Assembly: GCA_027371535.1 (NCBI GenBank)
Contig: DAHXMV010000003.1
Coordinates: forward strand, 8,047-72,046
Direction of reading: 5' to 3'
Length of the DNA stretch: 64,000 nt
Source: Candidatus Amesbacteria bacterium
Lineage (GTDB): Bacteria; Patescibacteriota; Microgenomatia; CAZETR01; Amesbacteraceae
A program made the position numbers and the translations under genes. The notes under the pieces were generated by a model. The model worked only from the letters and a program-made list of their open reading frames with translations. It was not told the origin of the DNA and searched no databases. Positions 8,863 through 18,452 of the stretch are shown piece by piece; within the stretch, counting starts at the first letter, position 1, and each line of letters starts with the position of its first letter.

Positions 8863-10493
8863 GTATTTTCAAAGTTTTATCAGACACCGACCGCAAAGCT
8901 TTCAAGGCCTGGTTTGCCACGCAAACCTTAAGTAAAATACTGGTTTTCTTTGGCTTTATAGCTGTACTTTTGGGACTGTCCCTGTTTTTGTTTTACAGCT
9001 CCGGCTGGATATTCACATCGCTTTATCACTTAAAAAACTTCGGTCAGCTGACAGCCAACTACATCATGAGGGCGGCGATTTTATTCATCGTAATTTTGGG
9101 CATCGGCAGCAGTACGGCGACTTGTGCAAATTTATTTTTTGCCGGGAATAAGAATTATTTTTACCTGTTAACCCTGCCGCTGGACCCCCGGATACTCGTG
9201 AGATGGATTGTGGCCAAGACCATTGTAGTTAACACTATCATGCTGACGATTTTTCTTCTACCGCTCGGGTTAACTTACGGGTCAATTTTCGGACAGGGGC
9301 TGACGGGATTTCTGGTTATCAAACTAGGGCTGGTCATTTTGTCACTGGCCGTTCTGACAAACAGCGGCGGAGGCATGGCGGCCGTATTTATTGCCAAAAG
9401 AATCAAACGGCATAAATCCGTTATGACGATTTTGGGCGTAATTGTATTTATGGCTATCCTGGTAGCCACTTTCAGACTGGTTTTTCCGGGAAACCTGACC
9501 AGGTTAACACAAATTGACAGCCGACAATTTTTTCCGATTTACAACAACCTGCCTTTGAATAACCGTTTTATCCCCACCAACTGGCTGGCGGATATGCTGA
9601 CCACGACATCGGCGACCAATGTAGTTCTGTCTCTGGTGTTTACGGCCGGGCTTTTTTTGGTTTACCTCCGGATGATGGCCGGGAATTTTTATCCGATATT
9701 GCTTTCAATTTCCGCCAAAGCAGCCGCCCCCCAGGCTACCCTGTCGGGGACGATCCAAACAAATACCGCCTTTCATTTTGAAAAGTATTCCGCGGCTGAT
9801 GCCCTGGCTCTGAAAGATCTGGCGGCAATTATCCGGGCACCGGGCGAATCCGGATACGGAATATTTTTAATCCTGTTAATCGGATTTTTCTTTTATTTAT
9901 TCTCAAGGGTCAGCATTCAGGCGGAAACCACCAGGGAATGGACTAACTGGCTGGTAGTCTTTGCTTATGCAGGCTTCGGGTTTTTTGCCAATACTTATCT
10001 ATTGAGAATGGTGTTTCCGCTGACGGCCAAAGAATCCACCGGCGCCTGGTACATATTTTCCCTGCCGATTTCAAAAAACAAACTGTTGGGATCAAAAATG
10101 CTTCTGGCATATCTGGTCAGCCTGCCGCTTTTACTGATGGCGCTTTTGATATGGTGGCTGCCGCCGTTTTTGAACCCCTATCAAAACTTACTGGCTATCG
10201 GCAGTTTTATAACTACCGGCATGCTGGTGGCGATGCATACATTAATGGGGGCGATCAGCCCAAACTTTGCCGACGGGGACAGCCCGGAACGGGTGAGCAC
10301 CAGTTCCATGGGCATGGCTGCCCTGGTGGTCACAACGGCATTTGAACTACTGTCCGCTTACGGAATCTATAGTTATATAAATCACAGCTGGTCATTTGAA
10401 AGGGTGCTCATTATGCCGGCGGCGGCGGGAGGATGTATTTTACTGACCCTGGTACTGATATTCAGGCAGACACTCGGAAAATATCAATTTTAA
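8859..10493 (+). CDS. ABC exporter permease (ABC-2-like polytopic membrane protein)
   Basis: 544 aa, more than 10 predicted hydrophobic helices. Translationally coupled to the ABC ATPase. Confidence 0.6.
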   Translation: MSIFKVLSDTDRKAFKAWFATQTLSKILVFFGFIAVLLGLSLFLFYSSGWIFTSLYHLKNFGQLTANYIMRAAILFIVILGIGSSTATCANLFFAGNKNYFYLLTLPLDPRILVRWIVAKTIVVNTIMLTIFLLPLGLTYGSIFGQGLTGFLVIKLGLVILSLAVLTNSGGGMAAVFIAKRIKRHKSVMTILGVIVFMAILVATFRLVFPGNLTRLTQIDSRQFFPIYNNLPLNNRFIPTNWLADMLTTTSATNVVLSLVFTAGLFLVYLRMMAGNFYPILLSISAKAAAPQATLSGTIQTNTAFHFEKYSAADALALKDLAAIIRAPGESGYGIFLILLIGFFFYLFSRVSIQAETTREWTNWLVVFAYAGFGFFANTYLLRMVFPLTAKESTGAWYIFSLPISKNKLLGSKMLLAYLVSLPLLLMALLIWWLPPFLNPYQNLLAIGSFITTGMLVAMHTLMGAISPNFADGDSPERVSTSSMGMAALVVTTAFELLSAYGIYSYINHSWSFERVLIMPAAAGGCILLTLVLIFRQTLGKYQF

Positions 10494-10499
10494 TTTCCC

Positions 10500-11090
10500 A
10501 TGCTGGACGAAAAATGGATAATTTTGGGTTTGATTATCAATCTGGCCGGCGGAGCGGATTATTTATGGGAAACAGTCAAAGGCCGGACAAAACCAAATAA
10601 AGTCTCCTGGTTTATCTGGTCATTAGCCCCCCTGGTTGCTTTTGCGGCGGAAATACAACAGGGCGTGGGATCGGCCGCCGCTTTGACATTTTTAATCGGA
10701 TTTCAACCCCTGCTGGTTTTTATCGCATCTCTATTTCAAAAGCAGGCTTATTGGAAATTAACCAAGGGCGATTTATTGTGCGGGGGAGCGGCTGTTTTGG
10801 GAATAATTCTGTGGAAAATCACAGGGGTCGGCAATCTGGCTATCGTTTTTTCGATTCTGGCAGATTTGATGGGGGCTATTCCGACAATTATCAAATCCTG
10901 GAAAGCCCCCCAGAGCGAAAGCTCTTTAATGTATCTGACGGATGCCGTCAGTGCCGGTATTACTTTGCTGACTATCAGGTATTGGAAGTTTGAAAATTAC
11001 GGCTTCCCCCTATATATAATGCTGATTTGCGGATTGAATTATATAATCCTCAGGCGGCAGGCAGGGAGAACAGGAGTTTTTCGCGGATAG
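10500..11090 (+). CDS. hypothetical polytopic membrane protein
   Basis: 196 aa, 5-6 hydrophobic helices. Sits directly after the ABC permease. Confidence 0.45.
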   Translation: MLDEKWIILGLIINLAGGADYLWETVKGRTKPNKVSWFIWSLAPLVAFAAEIQQGVGSAAALTFLIGFQPLLVFIASLFQKQAYWKLTKGDLLCGGAAVLGIILWKITGVGNLAIVFSILADLMGAIPTIIKSWKAPQSESSLMYLTDAVSAGITLLTIRYWKFENYGFPLYIMLICGLNYIILRRQAGRTGVFRG

Positions 11091-11901
11091 GATCGAAACC
11101 AACTTCCCGGGCTTGGCCGCTGACAATTTTTTCGTAATCGCGGCAATACCGGCAACCCCCCTGCGGACAATCCAGTCCCCCGGAATTCTGATTAATCCGG
11201 GCGGATTTAAGGCGACGGCCATCGAAAATCAGCTTTTCCATAACCCCCGCCAAATCCGGAATGGGCACTGCTCTGGGAACCTCATCCCTGTCCAGATACC
11301 AGTAGCTGGTTTTGGTGACCGGGCGGCGATTTCCGGCGGCTGCCAGCAGTAAATAAATCTGGAGCTGGAGGGAGGAGGAATCTTCCTCATTTCTGCCGGT
11401 CTTGAAGTCAATAATGTGCAGGGTACCATCCGGTAAAACCTCTACCCAATCAACATTACCGCAAAGGACCAGATTATCTTCTTCGCTTAACCACATGCTG
11501 GCGACCATTTCGCCCCGGCTCTTTATTATCGTTGAAAGACTGGCAATGGGACCGGGGTGATCCTGAACTTTTTTAATCATCAGATAGCCCCGGTCTTTGA
11601 ACAACTGTTCGGTTTGGGCATCCGCGAAGCCGCCTTTTTCGCCACCGTAATTTACCCACAACTCCTGATAAATATCGGTTAAGGGCTTGTCAAAACGGGT
11701 GGATACGGATAAATACCGGATCGATTCCAGAGTATCATGAACGGCCATGCCCAAGGTCAGATTAGGGCTGACCAATTGGATTTTTTTGTTTTCCGGCTGG
11801 TGTTTGTACATGTTCCGCAAAAAATACAGCCGGGGACATTTGGAAAAATCAGTCAGGCTGGAATGGGAGAGCCAAACGGCGCCGTAAGGATATTTGAACA
11901 T
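11050..11901 (-). CDS. PD-(D/E)xK nuclease, Cas4/RecB-like, with Fe-S cysteine cluster
   Basis: N-terminal ...SLTDFSKCPRLYFL... (first Cys). Motif IIDFKTGR (the D-x-K-T-G nuclease motif III). C-terminal CPQGGCRYC cysteine triad as in Cas4/AddB nuclease domains. No cas genes or CRISPR repeats nearby. Confidence 0.55.
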   Translation of the reverse strand: MFKYPYGAVWLSHSSLTDFSKCPRLYFLRNMYKHQPENKKIQLVSPNLTLGMAVHDTLESIRYLSVSTRFDKPLTDIYQELWVNYGGEKGGFADAQTEQLFKDRGYLMIKKVQDHPGPIASLSTIIKSRGEMVASMWLSEEDNLVLCGNVDWVEVLPDGTLHIIDFKTGRNEEDSSSLQLQIYLLLAAAGNRRPVTKTSYWYLDRDEVPRAVPIPDLAGVMEKLIFDGRRLKSARINQNSGGLDCPQGGCRYCRDYEKIVSGQAREVGFDPIREKLLFSLPAA

Positions 11902-11908
11902 GAAACGA

Positions 11909-12739
11909 TTATATGCCAGTCATCACCACACCCAAAATAGTTATCAGAATACCGATGGCTTGCCGGCGGTTAATTTTTTCCCTGAGATAAATAAAGGCCA
12001 GAATGACGGTAATCATGGGATAAGTACTGGTGACCGGGGAGACCAGAGATGCCGGGCCGCGACTCAGGGCCAGGTAGAGAAACAAAAGGCCCAGAGGCAA
12101 GAAGAAATTACCCAATATATTGTAATAAAGATGTTTGTTCCATTTTCCGAAACGAACCGGCTCCTTATCAAAGATCCTGATAACAGCCAGGGATGAGAGA
12201 CTGCAGAGAGCCAGGGAAAAAGTAAAAGTATAAAGTCCGAAATTGTTGATGGCAACTTTGGAAATAAAATCCCCCAGGCCGATGACCGCGGCGGCAAATA
12301 CCGCCCACCAGATCCAACCGGCGATTTTCAGTTTTTTGTGCTCAGGTTTGGCGATGAAAAAGATACCGATGATAATGGCTGCGATGCCTAATAATTGCAG
12401 AAAATCCAATGATTCCTTTAGAAAGATTAAAGAAAGCAGGACGGTGACCGCGGGATAAGCGGCCAGGACGGTCCCGGACAGGGAAACGTCGGATTTGGAA
12501 ATAATATAAGGAAAAACAAAATTAGGCAAACTGGCAAAGAAGGCCAAACAAACCGCCATCAGAAAAAAATCCCAGCGGATGCCAAAATACAGGGAAAACG
12601 GGATCCACAGCAAGAGATCAAAAACGGCCCCGATCATGTTGGTCACAAACGGAGACAACTCCGATAAACTTTTTTTTATCAGAACAAAACCCACACCCCA
12701 AAGAAGCGAGGCTAAGATGGCCGGAACAATCCAGGACAT
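11909..12739 (-). CDS. EamA/DMT-superfamily transporter
   Basis: 276 aa, about 10 TM helices, two EamA-like halves. Confidence 0.6.
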   Translation of the reverse strand: MSWIVPAILASLLWGVGFVLIKKSLSELSPFVTNMIGAVFDLLLWIPFSLYFGIRWDFFLMAVCLAFFASLPNFVFPYIISKSDVSLSGTVLAAYPAVTVLLSLIFLKESLDFLQLLGIAAIIIGIFFIAKPEHKKLKIAGWIWWAVFAAAVIGLGDFISKVAINNFGLYTFTFSLALCSLSSLAVIRIFDKEPVRFGKWNKHLYYNILGNFFLPLGLLFLYLALSRGPASLVSPVTSTYPMITVILAFIYLREKINRRQAIGILITILGVVMTGI

Positions 12740-12938
12740 ATAAATATTATATACAAATTGTGAGAACTCGAATAATCCAAATGTATAAACAAATACGGAG
12801 AATTGAATGATGGCAAGTTAGGATTTGGACATGATCATTTTTCTCGGGTTTAACAGTTTTTCCCTGAAAACTGTGCTGGGACAAGAGAGCATAGACCATA
12901 CCAGACCGCCCTGACTCTACCCCGCGCAAAGCCCCTAA

Positions 12939-12998
12939 AGAAGGAGTACGAGAGCACCGCTCCTTTTTTAAAACACCCTCAGATAAGAGGGTTTTTTT
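12939..12998. terminator. two tandem intrinsic-terminator hairpins (AAGGAG..CTCCTT + T6; CCCTC-AGATAA-GAGGG + T8)
   Basis: Read directly. The T-tracts follow the stems on the + strand. On the - strand the second hairpin is followed by UGUUUUAAAAAA, so it could also terminate the 13121..13393 gene. No + strand CDS lies upstream within 1.8 kb. Confidence 0.55.
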
Positions 12999-13120
12999 TG
13001 TATAAAAAATTACGGAAAGATAATTTTTAAAATCAATATAGTAAATACGTATGAAAAAATTTAAAAAATGGCCGGGTAAAATTTTTCATAATACCATCAT
13101 CGGAAGTTTTGTGACGGTGT

Positions 13121-13393
13121 TTAAATCGGCAAAGCTTTTGGGCGAACGGAGAGGATAGTCAGCGACAGCCCGGAAAGAAAAATTTTCATTGATATAACGG
13201 CAATTAAAACAGCCAGCGGGGTCCAGATGATGAATAATAACCCGAGTAAGAAGCGGAACAGATGGTAAACCGCGTAAAAAAATATGCCCCACCTGGCCAG
13301 ACTACCGAGCATGCCGGTGAATAACAGATAGGTTAACCCCGCGAGGATGACCGCAATAAAGAAACATGCAAGAATTATTTCGAGCAGGGGCAC
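13121..13393 (-). CDS. small hypothetical membrane protein (3 TM)
   Basis: 90 aa, strongly hydrophobic. Confidence 0.4.
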   Translation of the reverse strand: MPLLEIILACFFIAVILAGLTYLLFTGMLGSLARWGIFFYAVYHLFRFLLGLLFIIWTPLAVLIAVISMKIFLSGLSLTILSVRPKALPI

Positions 13394-13432
13394 TTGGTAA
13401 CAGGTTTACTATTTGCAGCCTGTAAAGTCAAG

Positions 13433-13963
13433 TCAACTTTGAGAAAGTAATTTCCGGGAGACGGCAGAGGCAAAATTGATCAGAGAATCGTTATTTATAA
13501 CACTGCCGGAGCTCCTGTCGGCAGACAAATAATGATGCGGGTCCAGAATCAGGACAATACTGTTGATCAACCCATTGGGCTGCCAGGCAATGAAATGGGG
13601 CAGGCTGATCCGGGAATCCGTTTTGATTGTCTGTTTTAAGCCTTCATGATTTGATTTTTGACCTTCCGGCGTATCCGTTCCGTAAGTCAAGATGACAAAA
13701 TCCGAATCGGTGGTGTAATAGCTGCAGCTGTGGGTACTGGGCAGATCAAACGATTTGACCGTGATCACCGGCCGATTGATCTGGCCGGCAACCCAGTCTT
13801 TGGAAAACCGGGCACAGATATCGGTGTCCAGAGAAATATTTTTTAACGGAAGAAATGATTGGAATGCGTCTGTAGATTTTTTTAATTTTCCGGTAAATAT
13901 ATAGACCGGTATCAGAAAAACTGTCAAAACGAGAGTTAATATAATAATCAGTTTTTTCTGCAT
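13433..13963 (-). CDS. signal-anchored hypothetical extracytoplasmic protein
   Basis: N-terminal KKLIIILTLVLTVFLIPVYIF anchor. No known motif. Confidence 0.45.
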   Translation of the reverse strand: MQKKLIIILTLVLTVFLIPVYIFTGKLKKSTDAFQSFLPLKNISLDTDICARFSKDWVAGQINRPVITVKSFDLPSTHSCSYYTTDSDFVILTYGTDTPEGQKSNHEGLKQTIKTDSRISLPHFIAWQPNGLINSIVLILDPHHYLSADRSSGSVINNDSLINFASAVSRKLLSQS

Positions 13964-13979
13964 AAGAGTGAATTATAAC

Positions 13980-15014
13980 TTATCTTTTGCCGGTGCCGAA
14001 GATGATACTGCAACCCAGGCCGTCGACCCCGATGCCCACATAGTTCCAGCGTGTATCCAATTGGTTGTCATTATGAGGTTTATCCCCGGCAAACAACCAT
14101 TCGATGATATGCACACCGCTCAAACGATAACCATAAAACATGTTTTCACCGACCGAGGTGAAACCCAGTTTATTGAAACCATCCTGATTGTTCAGGTAAT
14201 CGTTGAATCCTTTATGGTCGTCAGTATTTTTGATACTGTTTAAATACGCTGCCCGGCTTTGGGCAAACGAGGCTAAATTGTTGTCCCACATTAAAGCGGA
14301 AGCCCCATATCGCAGGCGATAGATATTCAAAGCGCCAAATATTTCACTTGGAGTAGCCATAAGCGAGTCCTGGCCGACCTTGATGGTCCAGGTGTGCTCG
14401 TCCACCTGCCGGGAAATTCCCCAGGGACCGGTGGGTTCGGGAACCGGTGAGGGCCGGGGTAAAACCGGTTGGAGATGATAATTCCCCAAAATCTGGACCG
14501 TCAACCCACTGTCTGTGACCACACAGACGGCATTGTAATCCGGCTGCCCGACATCCTTTTTAATATCGGGATTATTTAACCAGGCTGTGACTTTGGCAGC
14601 CGTATCCAGCTTCTGATTATCCGCCTGCATGGCTAAATTCATGTACCCGGGATGGCGAATGTAAAAATCTTTAGTGAGGTTATCAAATGTATCCGTATTC
14701 CAGTCGGATTTAAGACGTCCGAGAATGTCTTTTGCCAGGATACACAGGTCGTCATGTTTTTTCAGGGCAGAAACCCCGGCAATTTCCCGGACGGAATTAA
14801 TTGCCGACCGGATATCTTCGGGGGATATGGTGGGAACAACCGGCGGCGGAGTGGAAGTTGTGAAAGAAAGAGCCGGTGTAATGGCAACTTTAGACACGGC
14901 CGGGGAAGTGGTACGGAAATGGGCCCGATCATAAACACCATAGATAAATAAGACCAGAAAGATAAGAATTAATATAAATTTATAGTGAAGACGCTGCCCG
15001 ATACCGGCCATCAA
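13980..15014 (-). CDS. membrane-anchored CAP/SCP/PR-1-like (YkwD-like) domain protein
   Basis: N-terminal TM, Pro-rich linker. C-terminal region has ...GENMFYGY... and ...RWNYVGIGV... resembling the CAP-domain signatures GENL and HYTQVVW. Confidence 0.45.
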   Translation of the reverse strand: MMAGIGQRLHYKFILILIFLVLFIYGVYDRAHFRTTSPAVSKVAITPALSFTTSTPPPVVPTISPEDIRSAINSVREIAGVSALKKHDDLCILAKDILGRLKSDWNTDTFDNLTKDFYIRHPGYMNLAMQADNQKLDTAAKVTAWLNNPDIKKDVGQPDYNAVCVVTDSGLTVQILGNYHLQPVLPRPSPVPEPTGPWGISRQVDEHTWTIKVGQDSLMATPSEIFGALNIYRLRYGASALMWDNNLASFAQSRAAYLNSIKNTDDHKGFNDYLNNQDGFNKLGFTSVGENMFYGYRLSGVHIIEWLFAGDKPHNDNQLDTRWNYVGIGVDGLGCSIIFGTGKR

Positions 15015-15051
15015 GACGAATTATAATCCACCGCGATATAATGCGTAATTA

Positions 15052-15555
15052 ATGAAGTTTAAAGCCATGGCGGCAGCGGCAGCGGGGGTGGGGTTAATAT
15101 TTGCCTATTCCGGAATCAAAGTCGCAAATAAAGATGCAAATAGGCCCATTCCGACGGTGACACCCTACCCGACTACAGTCCCCACCCCGACAATAAAACC
15201 CACGCCGACCCCCAAACCCACCCCAATCCCAACGCCGACCCCCAAACCGCAGCCAAAATTTACCTCCGAGCAGATTTATCACCTGATAGACAGCTATGCC
15301 GGAAAATACAGAGTGGATCCGAATGTGATACGTCACATGGCCATTTGCGAATCCGGGTTTAATCCGCTGGCCAGAAACCATATTTATGGGGGTTTGTTTC
15401 AATTTGACGTGCAAACCTGGAAAAGTTTCCGGTCGATAATGGGCGAAAGTCCCGATCCGGATTTAAGATTTAATGCCGAAGCGGCGATAAACACCACGGC
15501 ATATATGATTTCCATCAGGAGAGGCTATTTATGGCCGCAATGCTTCCCCCGTTAA
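15052..15555 (+). CDS. Rpf-like / transglycosylase-like domain protein with Pro/Thr-rich linker
   Basis: AICESGFNPLARNHIYGGLFQFDVQTWKSF matches the resuscitation-promoting-factor / lytic transglycosylase motif (CESGGNW...GGLQF..TW). N-terminal TM plus PTPTPKPTP linker. Confidence 0.55.
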   Translation: MKFKAMAAAAAGVGLIFAYSGIKVANKDANRPIPTVTPYPTTVPTPTIKPTPTPKPTPIPTPTPKPQPKFTSEQIYHLIDSYAGKYRVDPNVIRHMAICESGFNPLARNHIYGGLFQFDVQTWKSFRSIMGESPDPDLRFNAEAAINTTAYMISIRRGYLWPQCFPR

Positions 15556-15560
15556 GCTAA

Positions 15561-16049
15561 TTATTTTTGGGATAAACTCCCGGCGAGGTTGTCTGCCCAG
15601 TATTCCATGATATTGTCGTCGTGCAGGCGATTGGCGGGGTACATTTTCACCTCTGCCCAGGCTGCCAGTTGGGCGCAACCAAAAACCGGCAAATAGGCGG
15701 GGCCAAGATAATGTGCCTGTATCACATGGGCCCGCATGTGCAATAACACCGGTTCAGAAAGCGAGGAACTGATGGTCAGAATATTATTGCCCAAGGCGAC
15801 AGTATTGACCCCGAGAATCCCGTAAATGAGATAGGAAGTATTGCCTGTACAGGATGTGTATAAATAAATACCGTCTCTGACCATCGAAACCTGACAACCG
15901 CCCCAACGGCCGAGAGTGGAAGCCAGGAGATCATTAAAAAAGAGTAAAAAAACGACCACCAACACAAGCAGGGGCCATTTGAAAAACCGCATAATTAATT
16001 GTACACACCAGGGAAAGTAATTTTTCAGAGTAAAATGAAAAGGTGTCAA
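15561..16049 (-). CDS. hypothetical membrane-anchored protein
   Basis: 162 aa, N-terminal hydrophobic segment. No motif recognised. Confidence 0.35.
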   Translation of the reverse strand: MTPFHFTLKNYFPWCVQLIMRFFKWPLLVLVVVFLLFFNDLLASTLGRWGGCQVSMVRDGIYLYTSCTGNTSYLIYGILGVNTVALGNNILTISSSLSEPVLLHMRAHVIQAHYLGPAYLPVFGCAQLAAWAEVKMYPANRLHDDNIMEYWADNLAGSLSQK

Positions 16050-16684
16050 ATATCATCTATTTTGTGACCGGTAATCAAATGAAAATCCGGCACGCCCAGC
16101 AGGCGATGAATGCCTACGGTATAGCCGTGATCCAAAAAAAGCTGGCGTTAATCGAGCCCCGGGAAGAAGAGCCGGAAAAAGTGGCAGAGGAAAAGATAAA
16201 ACAGGTAGCCATGCAACCGGGCCAGGCGGTGATGGTGGAAGATTCCGGAATTTATATCAAAGCCCTGAACGGATTTCCCAAAACTTATGTACACTTTGCC
16301 TGCAAAACGCTGGGAATTGAAAACATCCTGAAATTACTGGAGGGAACCGATGACCGTACGGCAGAATTCCATCAAGCTCTGGCTTATATGGAACCGCCGA
16401 TGAAAACACCCAAAATTTTCAGCTATATTGACGGAGATTTTAAAGTGGCGGAAAAAATATGGGCAAGCGAAAATGGTAATAAGCCGGGTTTTGACCAAAT
16501 ATTAATTCCGCCGGGTGAAGACAAACCACTTTGCAGCTTTTCCGAAGAATGGCGGGCCGAAAGAGATGTAAGACAAAACGGAGAAAAAATGCATTATGTT
16601 CAGCTGGCCAGATGGCTAACCGGAAAAGAACCAAATGAAATAAACCGGACAGATGCCAGGGGGGAAACAGCGGAAAATAAATAA
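16043..16684 (+). CDS. non-canonical purine NTP pyrophosphatase (Ham1/ITPase family)
   Basis: FVTGNQMK resembles the ATGNxGK motif of Ham1. MVEDSGIYIKALNGFPKTYV resembles the Ham1 DSGL...GxPGxY block. Confidence 0.6.
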   Translation: MSNIIYFVTGNQMKIRHAQQAMNAYGIAVIQKKLALIEPREEEPEKVAEEKIKQVAMQPGQAVMVEDSGIYIKALNGFPKTYVHFACKTLGIENILKLLEGTDDRTAEFHQALAYMEPPMKTPKIFSYIDGDFKVAEKIWASENGNKPGFDQILIPPGEDKPLCSFSEEWRAERDVRQNGEKMHYVQLARWLTGKEPNEINRTDARGETAENK

Positions 16685-16688
16685 AAAT

Positions 16689-16979
16689 ATGAAGCTTTTA
16701 GCAGAGTGGGCTTTTTTTGCGGGACTGGTGACAGGTTTGGCACTGGGGGGTAGTCTGGACACCGTGCGCAGGACCGAATTCGGAGAGGGAAATTATGACC
16801 GGGTGGAAGAAGCCTTTCAGACATTACTTAAGGCGGCCGGAAATTCAGTCAGCCGGGGGCTGGTGGTTAATCAAACTCCCGGCGGGAATATTTCACCGGA
16901 AACATACCTCGGGTCCAACCGGGCGGAATATTATTACCCGGGAGGAAGCATAGGGCCGGGGATCAAACATTGGTTTTAA
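16689..16979 (+). CDS. small hypothetical secreted/membrane protein
   Basis: MKLLAEWAFFAGLVTGLALGG signal-like start. A protein-like 55-aa continuation lies in another frame at 16982-17149, so this may be a frameshift remnant. Confidence 0.3.
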   Translation: MKLLAEWAFFAGLVTGLALGGSLDTVRRTEFGEGNYDRVEEAFQTLLKAAGNSVSRGLVVNQTPGGNISPETYLGSNRAEYYYPGGSIGPGIKHWF

Positions 16980-17162
16980 CCAGCAATCCCCCGCCGGATA
17001 ATTATTCGCTGGGCGGAAAGTGGATAATTACGGGGGACAGCGACAGGCTGTATACGCTGGTGGATTTGGGGAACCATGGCGGAAATCACCTACTGAAACT
17101 TGAGTTTGAAAATCCGGGGGTGAAAGCCTATGCCTTTACGTTTGGCTAATTAAGCCTATAGT

Positions 17163-17191
17163 TTGCATTAAAGACAGCAGTGTGGTATAGT
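17163..17191 (+). promoter_or_regulatory. near-consensus sigma70 promoter (TTGCAT-N17-TATAGT) upstream of the DEAD-box helicase
   Basis: TTGCAT at 17163-17168, 17-nt spacer, TATAGT at 17186-17191, about 75 nt upstream of the ATG at 17266. Confidence 0.5.
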
Positions 17192-17265
17192 ATAAACATA
17201 ATTTCCACGGCTTGATATCGAGGACAATACTTCTTTAACAGAGTCATCTACGGAATTATTAATTT

Positions 17266-18429
17266 ATGTCCATTCCTTCCTATTATCACTTTAAGAAACC
17301 GACCAGGCCGATGGCATTCGGCGGCAAAAAAGAATATTACAATCTGGAAGTATTTACCCGGAAGGCCCAAACCAAGCCGGTACAGGTAATTTATAAAGCC
17401 AAAAATAATTTTTCCGATTTTAATTTTTCGGACATACTCAACCGGAATATTGCCAACCGGGGTTATATTTATCCCACGCCCATCCAGGACCAGACCATCC
17501 CTGCCCTGTTATCGGGAAGAGACGTGGTGGGAATTGCCAACACCGGCAGCGGAAAGACCGGGGCATTTTTGCTACCACTTTTGGAAAAGATATCCCATAA
17601 CCGTAATATAAAGGCATTAATCGTTGCCCCGACCAGGGAACTGGCAGTGCAGATAAACGACGAATTCAGACTGCTCTCCAGAGGAATGGCGATGAATTCG
17701 GTGGTATGTATCGGCGGGGTGTCCATGGGCGGTCAAATCCAGGACCTCAGACGGAACCCGAACGTGGTCATCGGGACCCCGGGAAGGTTGAAGGACCTGG
17801 AACAACAGCGGTTAATCAACTTTGGCAAGTTTTCGGTAATTGTCCTGGATGAAGTAGACCGGATGCTGGATATGGGTTTTATTATTGATGTGAGATATTT
17901 AATTTCCAAATTACCCCAAGACAGGCAATCGCTGGGATTTTCGGCTACCATGCCAGCAAATATCAGATCCCTGATGGGGCAATTTCTGACCGATCCGGTA
18001 ATGGTGTCCATTCCGACGGTAACGGGAGAACTGAATATTAATCAGGACGTAATAAGGACCAACGGCAGGCCCAAAGCGGATATTCTGCACGAGCTTTTAT
18101 TAAAAGAAGGTTTTGAAAAGGTGCTGGTTTTCGGGCGGACCAAACACGGCATCGACCGGCTGGAGAAGGATTTGATCAAACGGGGATTTAAAGTGGCTGC
18201 CATCCACGGAAACAAAAGCCAGGGGCAAAGGCAGCGGGCCCTGAATGCCTTTAAAAACAACCAGCTGAAAGTACTGCTGGCTACCGATATTGCCTCCAGA
18301 GGCCTGGATATTGATGACGTAACCCATGTCATCAATTACGAGCTGCCGGAGTCATATGAAGACTATGTCCACAGAATCGGCAGAACGGCGAGGGCGGGCA
18401 AAAGCGGCACAGCACTGACGTTTATATAA
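17266..18429 (+). CDS. DEAD-box ATP-dependent RNA helicase (DEVD variant)
   Basis: Motif I ANTGSGKTGAF, Ia PTRELA, II DEVD, III SAT, VI HRIGRTARAG. Confidence 0.9.
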   Translation: MSIPSYYHFKKPTRPMAFGGKKEYYNLEVFTRKAQTKPVQVIYKAKNNFSDFNFSDILNRNIANRGYIYPTPIQDQTIPALLSGRDVVGIANTGSGKTGAFLLPLLEKISHNRNIKALIVAPTRELAVQINDEFRLLSRGMAMNSVVCIGGVSMGGQIQDLRRNPNVVIGTPGRLKDLEQQRLINFGKFSVIVLDEVDRMLDMGFIIDVRYLISKLPQDRQSLGFSATMPANIRSLMGQFLTDPVMVSIPTVTGELNINQDVIRTNGRPKADILHELLLKEGFEKVLVFGRTKHGIDRLEKDLIKRGFKVAAIHGNKSQGQRQRALNAFKNNQLKVLLATDIASRGLDIDDVTHVINYELPESYEDYVHRIGRTARAGKSGTALTFI

Positions 18430-18452
18430 AGTGAGAACGTTATAATTAAATA

